Source of the DNA: Candidatus Krumholzibacteriia bacterium
Lineage (GTDB): Bacteria; Krumholzibacteriota; Krumholzibacteriia; WVZY01; JAKEHA01
Length of the DNA stretch: 64,000 bases
Assembly: GCA_029865265.1 (NCBI GenBank)
Contig: JAOUHG010000002.1
Location: 98,357-162,356 of the forward strand
Direction: 5' to 3'
Shown: in pieces, positions 53,316 through 62,435 of the stretch
Numbering within the stretch: the first letter of the stretch is position 1
How the letters are laid out: every line of letters begins with the position of its first letter
The notes under the pieces: model-generated
Seen by the model: the letters and a program-made list of their open reading frames with translations, nothing else
What the model was told of the DNA's origin: nothing
Databases searched by the model: none
Position numbers and translations under genes: made by a program

Positions 53316-54299
53316 CTAGTAGCCGGGTGGGAATTGCCGGTCTTTGGACAGGTAGCGCAGCCAGGTGCCCGCACCTTCGGCCTCGGCGAGCGTTTTCACG
53401 CGGCGGAATCCGTCGCCGTACACGTCGTCGCCGTCGCGGGTGAGACTCACGCGGAAGAACGAGCTTTCCCGGCCGGGGTACTGGGCCAGGACCAGGAACG
53501 CGGCGTAGTTGCAGCTCCCCTCCGACCACGCGCGCTCCGACTTGAACTGCCCCTGGTTGAATTGCCAGATGTGCGCCAGTTCGTGGGCGATGGTGCTGAT
53601 GATCTCCATGCGCGGCATGCCGTACAGCAGGTACATGTTCATGCGCCTGCCCCTCGAGTACCCCAGCAGGCGGAATTGCTCGCGGTAGTCGGTGAAGCCG
53701 CGCAGGCCGTCCGAATGGTGCCCGGAGAGTTTCTGCATCTTCTCGCGCCCCACCAGATGGATCTGCACACCCTCGTAGTCCACGTTCATCCCGAACGCCT
53801 TCATGTGCCCGGCGACCTCGTTGACCAGGGTCAGTATCTCGCCGACGTCGGTGATTGATTTCGGGCGGCAGACGTTGCACACGAAGCGACCGTCGTCGTA
53901 GCGCACGCCGCCACCGGTCAGTGGCTCGGAAATGAACCGCCCGCATGAGTCGCACACCGGCGCGACACCGTCGTGGTGCTGGCAGTACGAGTTGCCCCAG
54001 TAGTCCTGCAGGTACTCACCGGTGATGGTTGCATTGCACAGCGAGCAGCGCAGCGCCACGTGATCGCGGAAGCAATCGTTGTGATAGACCTTCCCCTGGT
54101 ACTCGCTGTAGGAGCCGCTGATGGCGAGGTCGCAGTGGGCGCAGCGGAAGTGGTTGGCGTGGTAGGAGAGCCCCTTGGTGGTGAAGTAGGGTCCGTCGAT
54201 GGGTTCACCGCAACTGGCGCACACGCCGGGCGACTCCTGGGCCGAGGCGGCACCCGCCAGGACGGCGAGGAGCAGGAATGCAATCAGCAGGAACCGCAT
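53316..54299 (-). CDS. Secreted protein with tandem LIM-like zinc-finger domains and a C-terminal DA1-like HExxH metallopeptidase domain
   Basis: ATG at 54299 gives MRFLLIAFLLLAVLAGAASAQE (signal peptide). CASCGEPIDGPYFTTKGLSYHANHFRCAHCDLAISG...VYHNDCF (CxxC-x16-HxxH-xx-CxxC-x16-HxxC) is followed by a second CxxC...CxxH...CxxC...CxxC module. C-terminal ...ISTIAHELAHIWQ (HExxH). Confidence 0.55.
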   Translation of the reverse strand: MRFLLIAFLLLAVLAGAASAQESPGVCASCGEPIDGPYFTTKGLSYHANHFRCAHCDLAISGSYSEYQGKVYHNDCFRDHVALRCSLCNATITGEYLQDYWGNSYCQHHDGVAPVCDSCGRFISEPLTGGGVRYDDGRFVCNVCRPKSITDVGEILTLVNEVAGHMKAFGMNVDYEGVQIHLVGREKMQKLSGHHSDGLRGFTDYREQFRLLGYSRGRRMNMYLLYGMPRMEIISTIAHELAHIWQFNQGQFKSERAWSEGSCNYAAFLVLAQYPGRESSFFRVSLTRDGDDVYGDGFRRVKTLAEAEGAGTWLRYLSKDRQFPPGY

Positions 54300-54344
54300 A
54301 CCGTGAAGATGGCGCCGCAGGCCGCGCCGGGGCAAGGAACGTCG

Positions 54345-56330
54345 CTACAGGACGCGGTCGTTTCCGCCATCCACGGGAATCTGGGCGCCGGTCGTGCGCG
54401 AGAACAGGCGGCCGCACAGGGCGACGGCGAGGGCCGCGACATCGCCCGACGCCACCTCCACGCCGAGCAGGTTGCGGCGCCGGTACGATTCCACGTCCAT
54501 TCCGTTCTCGGCCGCACGGGCTGCCAGCACCTCCGTGGTCCATATGCCGGTGTCGAACACATCGTTGGGGTGAAGCACATTCACCCGGATGCCGGCGGGG
54601 GCGAACTCCATCGCCGCCACCCGGGCCAGCTGGGTAAGACCCGCCTTGGCAACGGAATAGGCGGCGGCGCCCCGTCCCGGCGCGGGCACGTTCTTCGAGC
54701 CCACGATCACGATTGCAGGATCGATGCCCGATTCCAGGAATGGCAGCGCCTTCTGCAGGAGGCCGAGGTGGGCGTCCAGGTTCACGGCGACACTCTCGTT
54801 CCACCGTTCGCGGGGCAGTTCCGCGATGCGCGACGAGGCGGGAAAGATTCCCGCGTTGCTCACCAGACAGTCGATCCCCCCGAAACGGCGCACGCCATCG
54901 TGGATCGCGGCCTCGACCGCTTCGGGATCGGTCACGTCGCACACGCACGCGAGAACGCGGGGATCGTCCCAACGCGCTTCCACCGATTCGCTTCGATCCA
55001 GCGCCACCACGCACGCTCCCGCCGCCAGGAATGCCTCCGCACACGCGCGCCCGATCCCGCCCGCCGCACCGGTCACCAGCGCCACGCGTCCGGCAAACTC
55101 GCCACGCGCGGGGGCGCGTGAAAACTTGGCCTGTTCGAGTTCCCAGTATTCGACCTCGAAGATGTCGTCTTCCGGCAGCGCTTCCCAGCCACCGAGCATC
55201 TCCGCTCGTTCGATGGCGGGCAGCGTGTGCGCCACGATGTCCGCCGCCACCGCCGCGTCACCGTACGACGCGGCGAAGGTGACGGTGCCCCGCTCCTTCC
55301 ACAGTGCCCATCGCGGCGCCGGGTCCAGCGCCTGCAGCGAGCCGCTGGTGTTGGCGTCGAAGTACGCGCGGTACGCCTGCGCGAACGCCGCGACGGCGTC
55401 CGCCGGGTCGGCCTCACCGTCGAGTACCACCGGGGTGCGGCGGGTGCGGATCACGTGATCGGGGGTGAGCGGACCCCGCGTCGCGATGTCGGCGGCGTCC
55501 TGCCGGCTCGAGAAGGCAACGTTCGAGGCGGAGGTGTCGGCACGCGCCACCATCGGCGTGCCGGCAGCGCGCGATACCGCACGGCGGGCCCGAGCCAGTA
55601 CGCGCAGGTCCGCGGCGTTCAGTTGGTGTGGCGCCTCCCCGGCTTCCTCCCACGGCGCGTGCACGTCCAGGTAGTCCTCGGCCTCCGTCACCAGTTGGAT
55701 CATGCGCTCGTAGCTGGTGCGCGCGTCGTCCCCGAAGGTGAACACCCCGTGGTTGAGCAGGATGATGCCCTCCATCTCCGCCCAGTCCACGTCGCGCGTC
55801 ATGTCGAAGACCTCACGCGCCAGCACGAAGCCGGGCATGACGTAGGGCACGATGAAGATGCGGTTGCCGTAGATCTCGCCGATGCGCTCCACCCCGTTGG
55901 GCGAGTTGGTGATGGTGACGACGGCGTCGGCATGGGTGTGATCGACGAAGGCGAACGGAATGATGGCGTGGAGAATGGCTTCGACCGACGGTGTGGGCGC
56001 CCCCGGGTCGAGCAGCAGCGCGCGCAGCATGGTAACCATGCGCGTGTCGGTGAGGGCGGTGAGTTCCGCCATGCGGCGCACGCCCTCGAGACGCAGGGGC
56101 GCAAAGCCACCGCGTTCGATGGTGGCCAGGTCCCAGCCGCTTCCCTTCACCCAGATGGCGTCCTGCGGGTCGCCAAACACGTCCGGCGCCGCGGCCTTCA
56201 CCGAGGTATTGCCACCGCCGTGCAGAACCAGGGACGATTCGCTGCCGATCAAACGGGACGTGTAGACGCGGAGCGCGAGCGCATCATCGCCGGCGGCGGG
56301 CGCGTCGGCTTCTTCCCACTGGCTTCTCAA
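54345..56330 (-). CDS. Bifunctional class II aldolase (rhamnulose-1-phosphate aldolase-like) / short-chain dehydrogenase
   Basis: N-terminal class II aldolase/adducin domain (...LVLHGGGNTSVK..., HTHADAV). C-terminal SDR (VALVTGAAGGIGRA, YSVAKAG). A known fused architecture, 661 aa. Confidence 0.8.
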   Translation of the reverse strand: MRSQWEEADAPAAGDDALALRVYTSRLIGSESSLVLHGGGNTSVKAAAPDVFGDPQDAIWVKGSGWDLATIERGGFAPLRLEGVRRMAELTALTDTRMVTMLRALLLDPGAPTPSVEAILHAIIPFAFVDHTHADAVVTITNSPNGVERIGEIYGNRIFIVPYVMPGFVLAREVFDMTRDVDWAEMEGIILLNHGVFTFGDDARTSYERMIQLVTEAEDYLDVHAPWEEAGEAPHQLNAADLRVLARARRAVSRAAGTPMVARADTSASNVAFSSRQDAADIATRGPLTPDHVIRTRRTPVVLDGEADPADAVAAFAQAYRAYFDANTSGSLQALDPAPRWALWKERGTVTFAASYGDAAVAADIVAHTLPAIERAEMLGGWEALPEDDIFEVEYWELEQAKFSRAPARGEFAGRVALVTGAAGGIGRACAEAFLAAGACVVALDRSESVEARWDDPRVLACVCDVTDPEAVEAAIHDGVRRFGGIDCLVSNAGIFPASSRIAELPRERWNESVAVNLDAHLGLLQKALPFLESGIDPAIVIVGSKNVPAPGRGAAAYSVAKAGLTQLARVAAMEFAPAGIRVNVLHPNDVFDTGIWTTEVLAARAAENGMDVESYRRRNLLGVEVASGDVAALAVALCGRLFSRTTGAQIPVDGGNDRVL

Positions 56331-56369
56331 TGGCAGACCTCCACCGGGCGACTCTAGCCCCGTGGGCGC

Positions 56370-58133
56370 CTACTTGAGAAGCACCAACTTTCGGGTCAGA
56401 ACCTCGGCGCCGGCATCGAGGCGGCAGAAGTACACCCCCGAGCCCACCCGCTCGCCGCGCGCATCGGCGCCGTTCCAGCGCACGCGGTGTGCGCCCGCGG
56501 GCAGCGCCCCCCGCCGCAGGGTAACGACGTGCGCGCCGGATGCGTCGAAGATCGCCAGCGTCGCGTCGGCGGCCCGGGTCAGTTCGAAGCGGATTTCGGT
56601 GGCCGGATTGAAGGGGTTGGGGCTGTTCTCCAGCGACAGCAGCGCCGCGCGGGGCGCGGTCGTCACCGCGGTGGCGGGAACGTCGTTGTCGTAGAGGTAG
56701 ATCCAGTCGTCGATCTCATCCAGCCCGCTGAGGTCGAGGTCGCCGTCGTTGTCGCGGTCGTGCAGCAACGCGCACGAACCCGCGGTGCTGGCCAGCAGCG
56801 TGCGCGCATTGGCGAAGGTGGCGCCGGTGTTCTCGTACAGCGTCCACGTGCCGGCCGTGTAGTTGCTCGTCACCAGCTCGAGGTCGCCGTCGCCGTCGAT
56901 GTCGCCGGTGTCGATCGCCAGCGGGAACAACCCCACCGTCTTGTAGTACGGCGCCGCCAGCCCGCCCGCGCCGTCGCCCAGCAGCACCGCAAGCCGGCTC
57001 TGGTTGGTGTTGCAGATGGCGGCGTCGACGTTGCCGTCGCCGTTGAAGTCCCCCACCACCATCTGCCAGGGCTGCCCGCCGCCGGCGGTGGGCGTCTGCG
57101 CCGCCAGGTCGCCGTTGCCGTCGCTCAACATCACCACGATGTTGTAGGGAGACGAGAAACAGCCCACGAACACGTCCTGCAGGCCGTCGTTGTTGGCATC
57201 GGCCACCGCGATGGAGAACTCATTGGCGCCGGCCTCGCGCGCCACCGCGCTCGCGAAGGTGCCATCGCCGTTGTTGAGCAGGATGCTCACCGTGCTCGCG
57301 AAGCGGTTGGCGGTGACGATGTCGTCCCACCCGTCGCCGTTGAGATCCAGCACGCCCACACCGCGCACGCTGTTGCCGGCCGTGTAGGTCGCCGAGGCCG
57401 GGAAGTCGCCGGTTCCGTCGCCGAACATCACGCTGACCGTGCTGTTGCCGGTGTTTCCAACCACCAGATCGATCTCACCGTCGTGGTCGAAGTCGGCGCC
57501 CTCGTTGGGACTCGGAACCAGGCCGCCGGGCACGGGCCTGGCGGTGAACGACGTGTACCCGCCGGCGCCGTTATTCATGAAAACGCGCACGTCGTGGGTC
57601 TGTTCGCACGGCGCGGAGAGGTCGGTCCACCCGTCGTTGTTGAGATCGCCGGCGTACGCGCCGTAGACCTGCACCCACGACTCCCCCCCCTGGCGGCAGG
57701 GCACCCGTCCGCCGTAGGTCAAATCGAGATCGCCGGGGGCGGTCTTGATCCAGAAGTTCCACGCGTAGCCCCGGGCCATCGGTTCGCCGGACGGGTTCTC
57801 GACGCCGCGGCTCACGTTGACCGTCACCCATTCGCCCGCGAAGAACGGCACGCTGGGCGTGAATTCGATGCGGGCTCCGTTTACGGTGGTAACACCGCTG
57901 GCCGGACCCGACCAGCGCCCGTAGACGCGGAAGGAAATGCCGTCGACGGTGGCGGGATCGATGGCGCGGTCGAAATCAACGCGGATCACCGTGTTGGCGG
58001 GAACGTCCACGCGCTGGGGCACGGGGTAAACAGCGGTAACCGATGGTGGGGTGGCGAAGGCGGCTCCGGCGGCCGCAACGACCAGCAGCGCGCCCACCCA
58101 CGGGGTGCATGTCCAGCGTCTCATGTTGCTCAT
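56370..58133 (-). CDS. Secreted FG-GAP/VCBS repeat beta-propeller protein with a T9SS type-A sorting domain
   Basis: Signal peptide MSNMRRWTCTPWVGALLVVAAAGAAFA. Repeated DLNNDGWTD / DFDHDGEIDLVVG / DLNGDGWDDIV / DANNDGLQDVFVG / DIDGDGDLELV blades. Ends LENSPNPFNPATEIRF...FDASGAHVVTL...WNGADARGERVGSGVYFCRL...RKLVLLK. The start is ATGA-overlapped with the ispH stop. Confidence 0.75.
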   Translation of the reverse strand: MSNMRRWTCTPWVGALLVVAAAGAAFATPPSVTAVYPVPQRVDVPANTVIRVDFDRAIDPATVDGISFRVYGRWSGPASGVTTVNGARIEFTPSVPFFAGEWVTVNVSRGVENPSGEPMARGYAWNFWIKTAPGDLDLTYGGRVPCRQGGESWVQVYGAYAGDLNNDGWTDLSAPCEQTHDVRVFMNNGAGGYTSFTARPVPGGLVPSPNEGADFDHDGEIDLVVGNTGNSTVSVMFGDGTGDFPASATYTAGNSVRGVGVLDLNGDGWDDIVTANRFASTVSILLNNGDGTFASAVAREAGANEFSIAVADANNDGLQDVFVGCFSSPYNIVVMLSDGNGDLAAQTPTAGGGQPWQMVVGDFNGDGNVDAAICNTNQSRLAVLLGDGAGGLAAPYYKTVGLFPLAIDTGDIDGDGDLELVTSNYTAGTWTLYENTGATFANARTLLASTAGSCALLHDRDNDGDLDLSGLDEIDDWIYLYDNDVPATAVTTAPRAALLSLENSPNPFNPATEIRFELTRAADATLAIFDASGAHVVTLRRGALPAGAHRVRWNGADARGERVGSGVYFCRLDAGAEVLTRKLVLLK

Positions 58134-59377
58134 CTCCCGGTTTCGGGCACCAGCGCCGGGTAGGGCGCCAGCACGGTTTCGATATCCCGTACGTCTTCAA
58201 AAAACGAAAGCAGGCGCCGCAGCACCGCGTCCAGGATGGCGTCGGGGCACGATGCCCCGCACGTCAGCACCACGTCCAGCGGCCGCCGATCGGGCATCCA
58301 GCCGTCGGTGACGCGTTCGCTGCGCGATTCCAGCGAGAAGTGCCGCATCCGCGTGCTGGATACCAGCTCGGCCTCCCCCTGCACGAAGTACGTCGGCATC
58401 GCCTTCTGACACAGCTCGACGATGTGTGAGGTATTGGACGAGTTGTATCCACCCACCACCAGGGCGAGATCCGCGCCGTGCTCGATCAACGCGTAGGTGG
58501 CGTTCTGGTTTTCGTAGGTGGCGTAGCACAGTGTGTCGGACGTGTCGGCGAAGTGATCGGCGATGGCGTCCTCTCCGTAGCGCTCGGCCAGCGCGCGCCG
58601 CAGCTCGCGCGCGATCTCGTGCGTCTCGGTGGCGAGCATGGTGGTCTGGTTGACCACCCCCAGGCGCACCAGGTCGGTCTCCGGGTCGAAGCCCGGCGTG
58701 CACTTGTGCCCGAAGCAGCGATCGAAGTCGGCGCGGGACCGCGTTCCGCGAATCACGTCGCCCAGCAACACCGACTCGGCGTGGTCGCGTACCACCACGG
58801 TGGGCGCGGCGCGGCGGCTGTGGGAGAAGGTGGCGCGGGTTTCCTCGTGGGTATCCTTGCCGTGCACCACCACCGCGAAACGCTCTCCACCCAGCTGGGC
58901 GCTGCGCTTCCACACCTTCTCCACGAAGGGACAGGTGGTGTTGTAGCGGTACGGGTCGATGCCGAGCGCGGAGAGCTTCTCCTGCATCTCCAGGGTGGTG
59001 CCGAACGCCGGCACCACGACGATGTCGTCCGGGGTGAGCTCCTCCCACGGCACCAACTGCTCGCCCGACGGCGTAAAGAGAAAACGAACGCCTCGCTCGC
59101 GCAGGTCACCGTTCACGGTGGGGTTGTGGATCATCTCGGAGAGAAAGAACACGCGCCGGTCCCGATGCTCGGCCAGCGTGCGATACGCAATTTCCACCGC
59201 GTTCTCCACGCCGTAGCAGAAGCCGAAATGGCGCGCCAGCACCACGCGCACCGGCCCGAAATCGAGCACCGCCGGGGCAAGGTCGTGCTTGCGCGGATCC
59301 ACGTCCTGGCGCGCGTGCTTCACCCGCGTGATGATGCCACCGTGGTATGCGTCGGGCGTTTCGAAGCGGCGTGCCAT
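58130..59377 (-). CDS. ispH: 4-hydroxy-3-methylbut-2-enyl diphosphate reductase (long form)
   Basis: HFGFCYGVENAV (the GFCxGV block of the LytB family) and [4Fe-4S] Cys ligands spaced as in IspH. 415 aa with N/C extensions. Confidence 0.75.
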   Translation of the reverse strand: MARRFETPDAYHGGIITRVKHARQDVDPRKHDLAPAVLDFGPVRVVLARHFGFCYGVENAVEIAYRTLAEHRDRRVFFLSEMIHNPTVNGDLRERGVRFLFTPSGEQLVPWEELTPDDIVVVPAFGTTLEMQEKLSALGIDPYRYNTTCPFVEKVWKRSAQLGGERFAVVVHGKDTHEETRATFSHSRRAAPTVVVRDHAESVLLGDVIRGTRSRADFDRCFGHKCTPGFDPETDLVRLGVVNQTTMLATETHEIARELRRALAERYGEDAIADHFADTSDTLCYATYENQNATYALIEHGADLALVVGGYNSSNTSHIVELCQKAMPTYFVQGEAELVSSTRMRHFSLESRSERVTDGWMPDRRPLDVVLTCGASCPDAILDAVLRRLLSFFEDVRDIETVLAPYPALVPETGR

Positions 59378-59383
59378 CGGATG

Positions 59384-59989
59384 CTAGCCGGACTTGCGCG
59401 CGGCGATGAAGGTGGTGAAGTAGTCCGGCTCGTTGCCCGGCTTCCACTTGATGTTGCAGCCGATGCTGGGCCGCTGCGGTTCCGGCGCCGGCCTGCCCGC
59501 CACGACCGCGTCAATGGCGGCGCGCAGGTCCGCGCCGGTGACGGGGCGGCCGTTGGAGGGACGGCTGTCGTCCAGCTGGCCGCGGTAGCGCAGCTTCCGT
59601 TCGGCGTCGAACACGAAGAAGTCCGGCGTGCAGGCCGCGTGGTACGCACGCGCCACCGCCTGCGTCCCGTCGAGCAGGAAGGGAAACGCCCACCCGGCTT
59701 CCCGCACCAGCGCCGCCATCGCATCCGGCCCGTCCTGCGGGTAGGCGTCGACATCATTGGCGTTGATGGCGACGAAGTCGACGCCGCGCGCCGCATAGTC
59801 GTGCGCGAGGCGGGTGATCTCGTCCTTGACGTGGATCACGAAGGGACAGTGGTTGCAGATGAACATGACCACCAGCGTGGGCGCCTTGAAGTCCGCAAGG
59901 GAGCGCGTCGCGCCGGCGGCGGGCTCGGGAAGCGTGAAATCGGGCGCGGGCGTGCCCAGGGGCAACATGGTGGAGGGCGTCTGGACCAT
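59384..59989 (-). CDS. Thioredoxin-fold redoxin (AhpC/TSA-like)
   Basis: ...PAPDFTLPE...TLVVMFICNHCPFV... (a CxxC-like CNHCP motif), thioredoxin-like. Confidence 0.65.
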   Translation of the reverse strand: MVQTPSTMLPLGTPAPDFTLPEPAAGATRSLADFKAPTLVVMFICNHCPFVIHVKDEITRLAHDYAARGVDFVAINANDVDAYPQDGPDAMAALVREAGWAFPFLLDGTQAVARAYHAACTPDFFVFDAERKLRYRGQLDDSRPSNGRPVTGADLRAAIDAVVAGRPAPEPQRPSIGCNIKWKPGNEPDYFTTFIAARKSG

Positions 59990-60077
59990 CAGAACTCGCT
60001 TTCCTGGTTCTAGTTCACATTGTGCGGCGCGGCCGCTCCACGTCGCCCCTCGAAGGTAATCTCGATCCCGGGCCGAA

Positions 60078-60572
60078 TCAAGGCGCCTTGCGATCCCCCA
60101 CCGTCTCCTGCATCACGATCTCCGGCATGGTGGTTGACTGGTATGACACCAGGCGGTGCTGCCCCTGCACGGGGACGTAGACCACCACGTAACGGCTGCG
60201 CGAAATGAACGCCTTGCCCGACGAGGTCAGCTCAATGGCCTGGACACCGGTCCCCACCACCGTGGCCCCGTACACGTGGTAGGAGACAGACTCCACCTTG
60301 AACGCCACGTACTGGATGTCGCCTCGCGACAGCATTTCCATCAGGTCATCGCGCGTCTGCGCAAGACCGGTGGAGTGGATGTACGTCATGTCGTCGGCGA
60401 AGATCCCCGAAAGAACCTCCGCGTCCACCGACACCATCGCGTGCTGGCGTGCGTGCTCGAGTTCCTCCACCGCCGCAATGGCCGCCTTCCCCGAGGGAGC
60501 GTCGGCCCTCGCGGCCGGTGCGGTGGTGACGCCCATACTCAGAACCAGAAGTGCCGCCCACATCGTTCGCAT
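60078..60572 (-). CDS. Secreted SnoaL/NTF2-like (DUF4440-type) protein
   Basis: Signal peptide MRTMWAALLVLSMGVTTAPAARA. Length and pattern (...DDMTYIHSTG...GDIQY...) fit the NTF2-like fold. Low specificity. Confidence 0.45.
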   Translation of the reverse strand: MRTMWAALLVLSMGVTTAPAARADAPSGKAAIAAVEELEHARQHAMVSVDAEVLSGIFADDMTYIHSTGLAQTRDDLMEMLSRGDIQYVAFKVESVSYHVYGATVVGTGVQAIELTSSGKAFISRSRYVVVYVPVQGQHRLVSYQSTTMPEIVMQETVGDRKAP

Positions 60573-60590
60573 CGAACCGCCTCCTCGTTT

Positions 60591-61256
60591 TCAGGTTTTC
60601 GGCGCCCCGCGCAGGATCTCCGCCGAAGCACTCGCGCCGATGCGCGTCGCACCCGCATCGATCATGGCCACCGCGGCCGCGTAGTCACGAATCCCGCCCG
60701 CCGCCTTGATCCCGACTCCGTCCGGAAGCGCCCGTCGCATCAGGCGCACGTTCTCAACCGTGGCACCGGCGGCCGCGAACCCGGTCGAGGTCTTCACCAG
60801 ATCCGCGCCGCCTGCAACCGAGAGCCGGCAAGCAAGCAGGATCTCCTCCGGCGAGAGCAACGCCGTTTCGATGATCACCTTGAGCAGACATCCGCTATTA
60901 CGGTGCACCACCACCGCCACCGCCTGGATGTCCGCGCCCACCGCGCCTTCATCGCCATCCTTGAGCGCCCCGATATGCATCACCATGTCCACTTCGGATG
61001 CGCCGGCCAGCAGCGCGTCGCGCGCCTCCGCACACTTGGCCGCCGTGGTGGTGTTGCCGTGGGGAAAGCCGGCCACCGTCACCACGCCCACCGCGTCCCG
61101 CACCCGGGCCCGCGCCCGCGGCACCCACACCGGCGCCACGCAGACCCGCATGCCGAACGCGAGCGCGGTATCGCAGGCCGCGTCGATGTCCCCCGCGCCC
61201 GCGCCGGGAGCGAGGCAGGTATGATCGATCAACGCCGCAAGCGCCCGGCGGTCCAT
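60591..61256 (-). CDS. deoC: Deoxyribose-phosphate aldolase
   Basis: ATG at 61256 gives MDRRALAALIDHTCL...; ...DLVKTSTGF...GIKAAGGIR... (Schiff-base Lys region). Confidence 0.8.
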   Translation of the reverse strand: MDRRALAALIDHTCLAPGAGAGDIDAACDTALAFGMRVCVAPVWVPRARARVRDAVGVVTVAGFPHGNTTTAAKCAEARDALLAGASEVDMVMHIGALKDGDEGAVGADIQAVAVVVHRNSGCLLKVIIETALLSPEEILLACRLSVAGGADLVKTSTGFAAAGATVENVRLMRRALPDGVGIKAAGGIRDYAAAVAMIDAGATRIGASASAEILRGAPKT

Positions 61257-61263
61257 GCGCGCA

Positions 61264-62361
61264 TTATCGCCCGTTTGTGACGGGCGTGGCAACCGGCGCC
61301 AGAAACGGATTGGACAGATCCGGATTGAACAGGAAGTCCGGGTCGGTCAGGGTTTGCAGGAAGACGATCAGCGTGTCGATCTCCCCCGGCCTCATCGGTG
61401 GGCGGGTGAGCCGCGCGCGAATGAGCGGGTCAACGTCGTCCCCATCGTGGAACCCCATGTTGTAGTGGGCGATCACTTCCTCCAGGGTGGCAAAGCGGCC
61501 GTCGTGCATGTAGGGCGACGACACCTCGATGTTGCGCAGTGTGGCGGACTTGAACTTGCCGATGTCGGCGGGATCACCGGTGACGTCGTAACGGCCGTCG
61601 TCGGCCACGATGGAATCCAGCCCCGTGTTGTGGAAAGTGCTGGTGGCAAAGAACAACTCGTCGTGACAATGGAAACAGTCCCCGCGCTCGGTGCGAAAGA
61701 TGTCGTACCCCATCTGCTCGACCGGCGTGAACACGTCCTCGCCGCGGCGCACACGGTCATACTTGGAATTCGCGGAGATGAACGTCCGCTCGAACTGGGC
61801 GATGGCCTTCACCACCCGGTCCTGGCTGATGCGGCTGTCGCCGAAGGCGGCACAGAACAGGCCGGGGTACTCGGCATGGTTCTCGAGGCGCGCAATGGCG
61901 TCGGGCCAGGGCAGGTCCATCTCGATCGGATTGGGGACCGGCTCGCGCGCCTGGCCCTCCAGGCCGGCCGCGCGCCCGTCCCAGAACATCTCGGATACCC
62001 ACGCCGGATTGACGATGGTGGGCGCGTGACGGCTGCCAAATACGCCGTGAATCCCCTCGCTGAAACGGCGGGTGTCGCCAAACGCGTTCTGCTGGATGTG
62101 GCACTGCGCGCAGGCCTGACTGCTGTCGCCGGAAAGGATGGGATCGTAGAAGAGCCGCCGCCCCAGCGCGACCCCTTCTACCGTCAGCGGGTTGTCCTTC
62201 GGATTGGGCAGTTCGGGAAAGTTCGCCGGCAGATCGATGACCAGCGGCGTGGCCGGAGGGCACTCGGATTCGACCGGGGGGGTGACCCCGTCGTCGCCGC
62301 CGGTACACGATGCAATGACCAGCATCGCGCACGCCCAGATCATCAGTCGTCTATTCGTCAT
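61264..62361 (-). CDS. Di-heme cytochrome c peroxidase lipoprotein (MauG/MbnH-like)
   Basis: MTNRRLMIWACAMLVIASCTGG (lipobox). Two heme motifs CAQCH and CFHCH with CCP-family spacing. ...FDKYL-type region ANSKYDRVRRGE. Confidence 0.8.
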   Translation of the reverse strand: MTNRRLMIWACAMLVIASCTGGDDGVTPPVESECPPATPLVIDLPANFPELPNPKDNPLTVEGVALGRRLFYDPILSGDSSQACAQCHIQQNAFGDTRRFSEGIHGVFGSRHAPTIVNPAWVSEMFWDGRAAGLEGQAREPVPNPIEMDLPWPDAIARLENHAEYPGLFCAAFGDSRISQDRVVKAIAQFERTFISANSKYDRVRRGEDVFTPVEQMGYDIFRTERGDCFHCHDELFFATSTFHNTGLDSIVADDGRYDVTGDPADIGKFKSATLRNIEVSSPYMHDGRFATLEEVIAHYNMGFHDGDDVDPLIRARLTRPPMRPGEIDTLIVFLQTLTDPDFLFNPDLSNPFLAPVATPVTNGR

Positions 62362-62435
62362 GCTCCTGATTACTCCCGGAGCCGCGCTGCGGAGGCGTTT
62401 GAACCGAAAGCAACAATCCCGAAGGTGCCCTTGCG

